Shown here piece after piece: positions 61,888 to 64,000 of a DNA stretch of 64,000 nt. Below the pieces are notes generated by a model. That model saw nothing but the letters and a program-made list of their open reading frames with translations, ran no database searches and was not told the DNA's origin. The stretch is from positions 62,001 through 126,000 of the forward strand of contig JBLDXI010000011.1 in assembly GCA_047495785.1 (NCBI GenBank), given 5' to 3'. Numbering within the stretch: the first letter of the stretch is position 1; the number at the start of each line of letters is the position of its first letter. Both the position numbers and the translations under genes were made by a program. This DNA is from Lepidodermella squamata. Lineage: Eukaryota > Animalia > Gastrotricha.

Positions 61888-62224
61888 GACGGCAACGTAT
61901 AATACCATGAGAGAACCGTTCTTCATGATTAATAACATTATCAGACCGTGCTAAAATACCTTATTCTTTTTACCTCTGTGTTGTTACAGGCTATTTTGGA
62001 TCCAGCCAACCGTGGCTGTGATAGCCACAGTGGCTGAATCAGCTCGTGACCGAGGCAATTAAGAATAAAACCTTATTCGAACTGAAACTTGAACGAAACT
62101 TGAACAGCACATAAAACGGACTAATTCTCAATTCTCAAAATTAGCAGTGAATTCCTCGGGTGGAAATTTTACAAACTTAGAAGCTAATTGCTGATTTTAT
62201 GTTCGAAAAGCACTTCGAAAATGC

Positions 62225-62500
62225 TGCAAAACCATTAGGACTGTATGCATAAAAGTGTTTGATGACGACAAAGCAACAAGCAACAAGAAGAGCAAACTTT
62301 CTGTCATTGGAGTCACATTTAGCATATAGCTGATTCCGGCCTCCGGATAGGCTTGGAAGGCCTTCACAATTCATTGCCTTCAGGAAGGAGTCCTAAGGCC
62401 GGAATCAGCTATATGTGACTCCAATGACAGAACTTTGCCTTTTCCGGTTGGTTAGGCGTCTTCAAAAGTTTCAGTGCTGTCCTAATAATGGTTTGTTGGC
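62225..62500. mobile_element. MITE-like foldback element (long inverted repeat)
   Basis: Core arms 62292-62342 and 62396-62438 are near-perfect reverse complements apart from a 7-nt insertion. Degenerate outer arms AAACCATTAGGAC / GTCCTAATAATGGTTT. Boundaries are approximate. Confidence 0.6.
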
Positions 62501-63015
62501 AAAGATCAACCGTGAAAAGTGGAATGGCGACTCTTTAATTGTTCAATTTTCGCAGAAAAAGGATCCATTGGAAATTGACTCGTTCTGGTTACGATCAAAA
62601 GTTATCATTTTGAAAATGGTATTTTTTTGTGAAATAACAACATAGTAACCCCGAGCTGGCCGACGGCGCGAGAACGCTCGAATGGGTCTGAACGGTAGCA
62701 CCACCTGCATTTTAGTTGCATACCTAATGCTTCTTCGACATGGGCAAGTAATGTGCTAAACAGAAGCATTTCATATTTCCGAAGATTCCTTTACTATGAT
62801 TTATAGCAACAACAGCCTGAAAAGTGCGATTTTAACAACCAAAAATGGTTTCTTTCCAATAAATAAAACAATGGGAAAATTTCTTTCAAGAAAAGAAGTG
62901 ACATTATTTAACAAATATAATTGTTGAGAGTTGAGTCGATGCGTAAAATTGCCATTATTCATTGTTCATTAGTGTTGTGTATAATTTCGAGCATTATATC
63001 ATTTATCCAACGATC

Positions 63016-63726
63016 TCATTTGCTCTTGGCCGAAGCACTGCCGCTGCTCCCGCTGTTCAGCAGTTTCGCGACGCCGGCATGGCCGTTGTCGCTGGCGAGT
63101 TGCCCGGCGGTGAGGCCGTGTTTGTCGCGCACGGCTGGGTTGAGGCCGCGGGCGAGCAGCAGGCGCACGATCTCCTCGTTGCCGTTCTCCGCCGCCGGGA
63201 ACAACGCCGAGCATCCGTCGCTGTCCACGTGCGTCGCATCCACGCGACACTCGTCCAGCAAAAACCTGAAAAATCAAAGCGATAACATTATTTGGAAAAA
63301 ATGCTCGATTTTCAAAATAGAAGAAAAATAGAAAAAACTACATAAATTGAGAAAATTAAATATTAACAAATATATTTTCTAAAATTTGAAAAAAATTAAT
63401 TTTAATTTATTTATAAAATTGAAAATTATCCAAACTTTAACATTTTTGCTTTCAATAATTTGATATTTAGATTTTCTTCTTGAAATGATTCTGGAATGAA
63501 ATTTTTCTTTTACTTGACGACATCGACGTGGCAGCCGTTGGCGGCCGGGAACAGCGGGGTGACGCCGAATTTGTCGCTCGCACTCGCGTCGAGGCCGACC
63601 TTTTCGACGAGGTACTTGACGAGGTCGAGGTGGCCGCCCTGGCACGCGTAGAACAGCGTACTGCGGCCGTTTTCACGCTTCAGTGTCCGCAGATCGGCGC
63701 CACTCGCTGCTAACAGTTCGACAACC
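63016..63726 (-). CDS. Ankyrin-repeat protein, 3' exons only (5' part upstream, probably outside the window)
   Basis: GRSTLFYACQGGHLDLVKYLV, GVTPLFPAANGCHVDVVK, GCSALFPAAENGNEEIVRLLL and GLTAGQLASDNGHAGVAKLL, separated by AT-rich GT-AG introns. Confidence 0.9.
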
Positions 63727-64000
63727 TGGAAAACAGAAATTATTAAAATAGACAGTATTTTCTTGGTAGTGCCGCCTTTTCTCAACCGTACTTTTCTCAA
63801 CGTGCATTTTTCTCAACGTATTGTTTACACAACAGGTGTTCATCTCAACTACACGCGCGTGTACGAGAGGGCGAATGTGATCGGCGCGCGCGTCGTGGTT
63901 ATCACGAGTGTTTGTAATCGGATTAACAGGTGATACCCACTGCCGTATTCCACACTTCCTGAGACGTTAACAGCTCATTTAGCCAAGTATCAATATAATA

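Overview
Eukaryotic genomic DNA with short GT-AG introns and GABA-B-like and class A GPCR genes, so probably a compact-genome invertebrate; I cannot identify the species. Positions 1-29267 are a highly homogeneous array of a 173-bp satellite (about 140 monomers, 53% GC). It is interrupted at 8418-13420 by an intact, very young Ty3/gypsy chromovirus with identical 245-bp LTRs, a CAGCC target-site duplication and one 1528-aa Gag-PR-RT-RH-IN-chromodomain ORF. The strongest finding is this element's regulatory design: U3 is packed with heat-shock elements directly upstream of a TATA box; there is no tRNA primer site but an 11-nt PBS complementary to the predicted 5' end of its own transcript (Tf1-type self-priming); and the 3' LTR promoter points into about 16 kb of satellite. 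Part of the first array (2786 to about 7500) looks like a single raw long read starting with a PacBio-barcode-like sequence. The array stops abruptly and is followed by a gene-dense region: a secreted mucin/vWA protein, two paralogous 4-TM proteins, a degenerate SLC20/PiT transporter, a class A GPCR, two GABA-B-like class C GPCRs flanking two tandem pseudokinase-NHL fusion genes, a Cys-rich secreted protein and a partial ankyrin gene.
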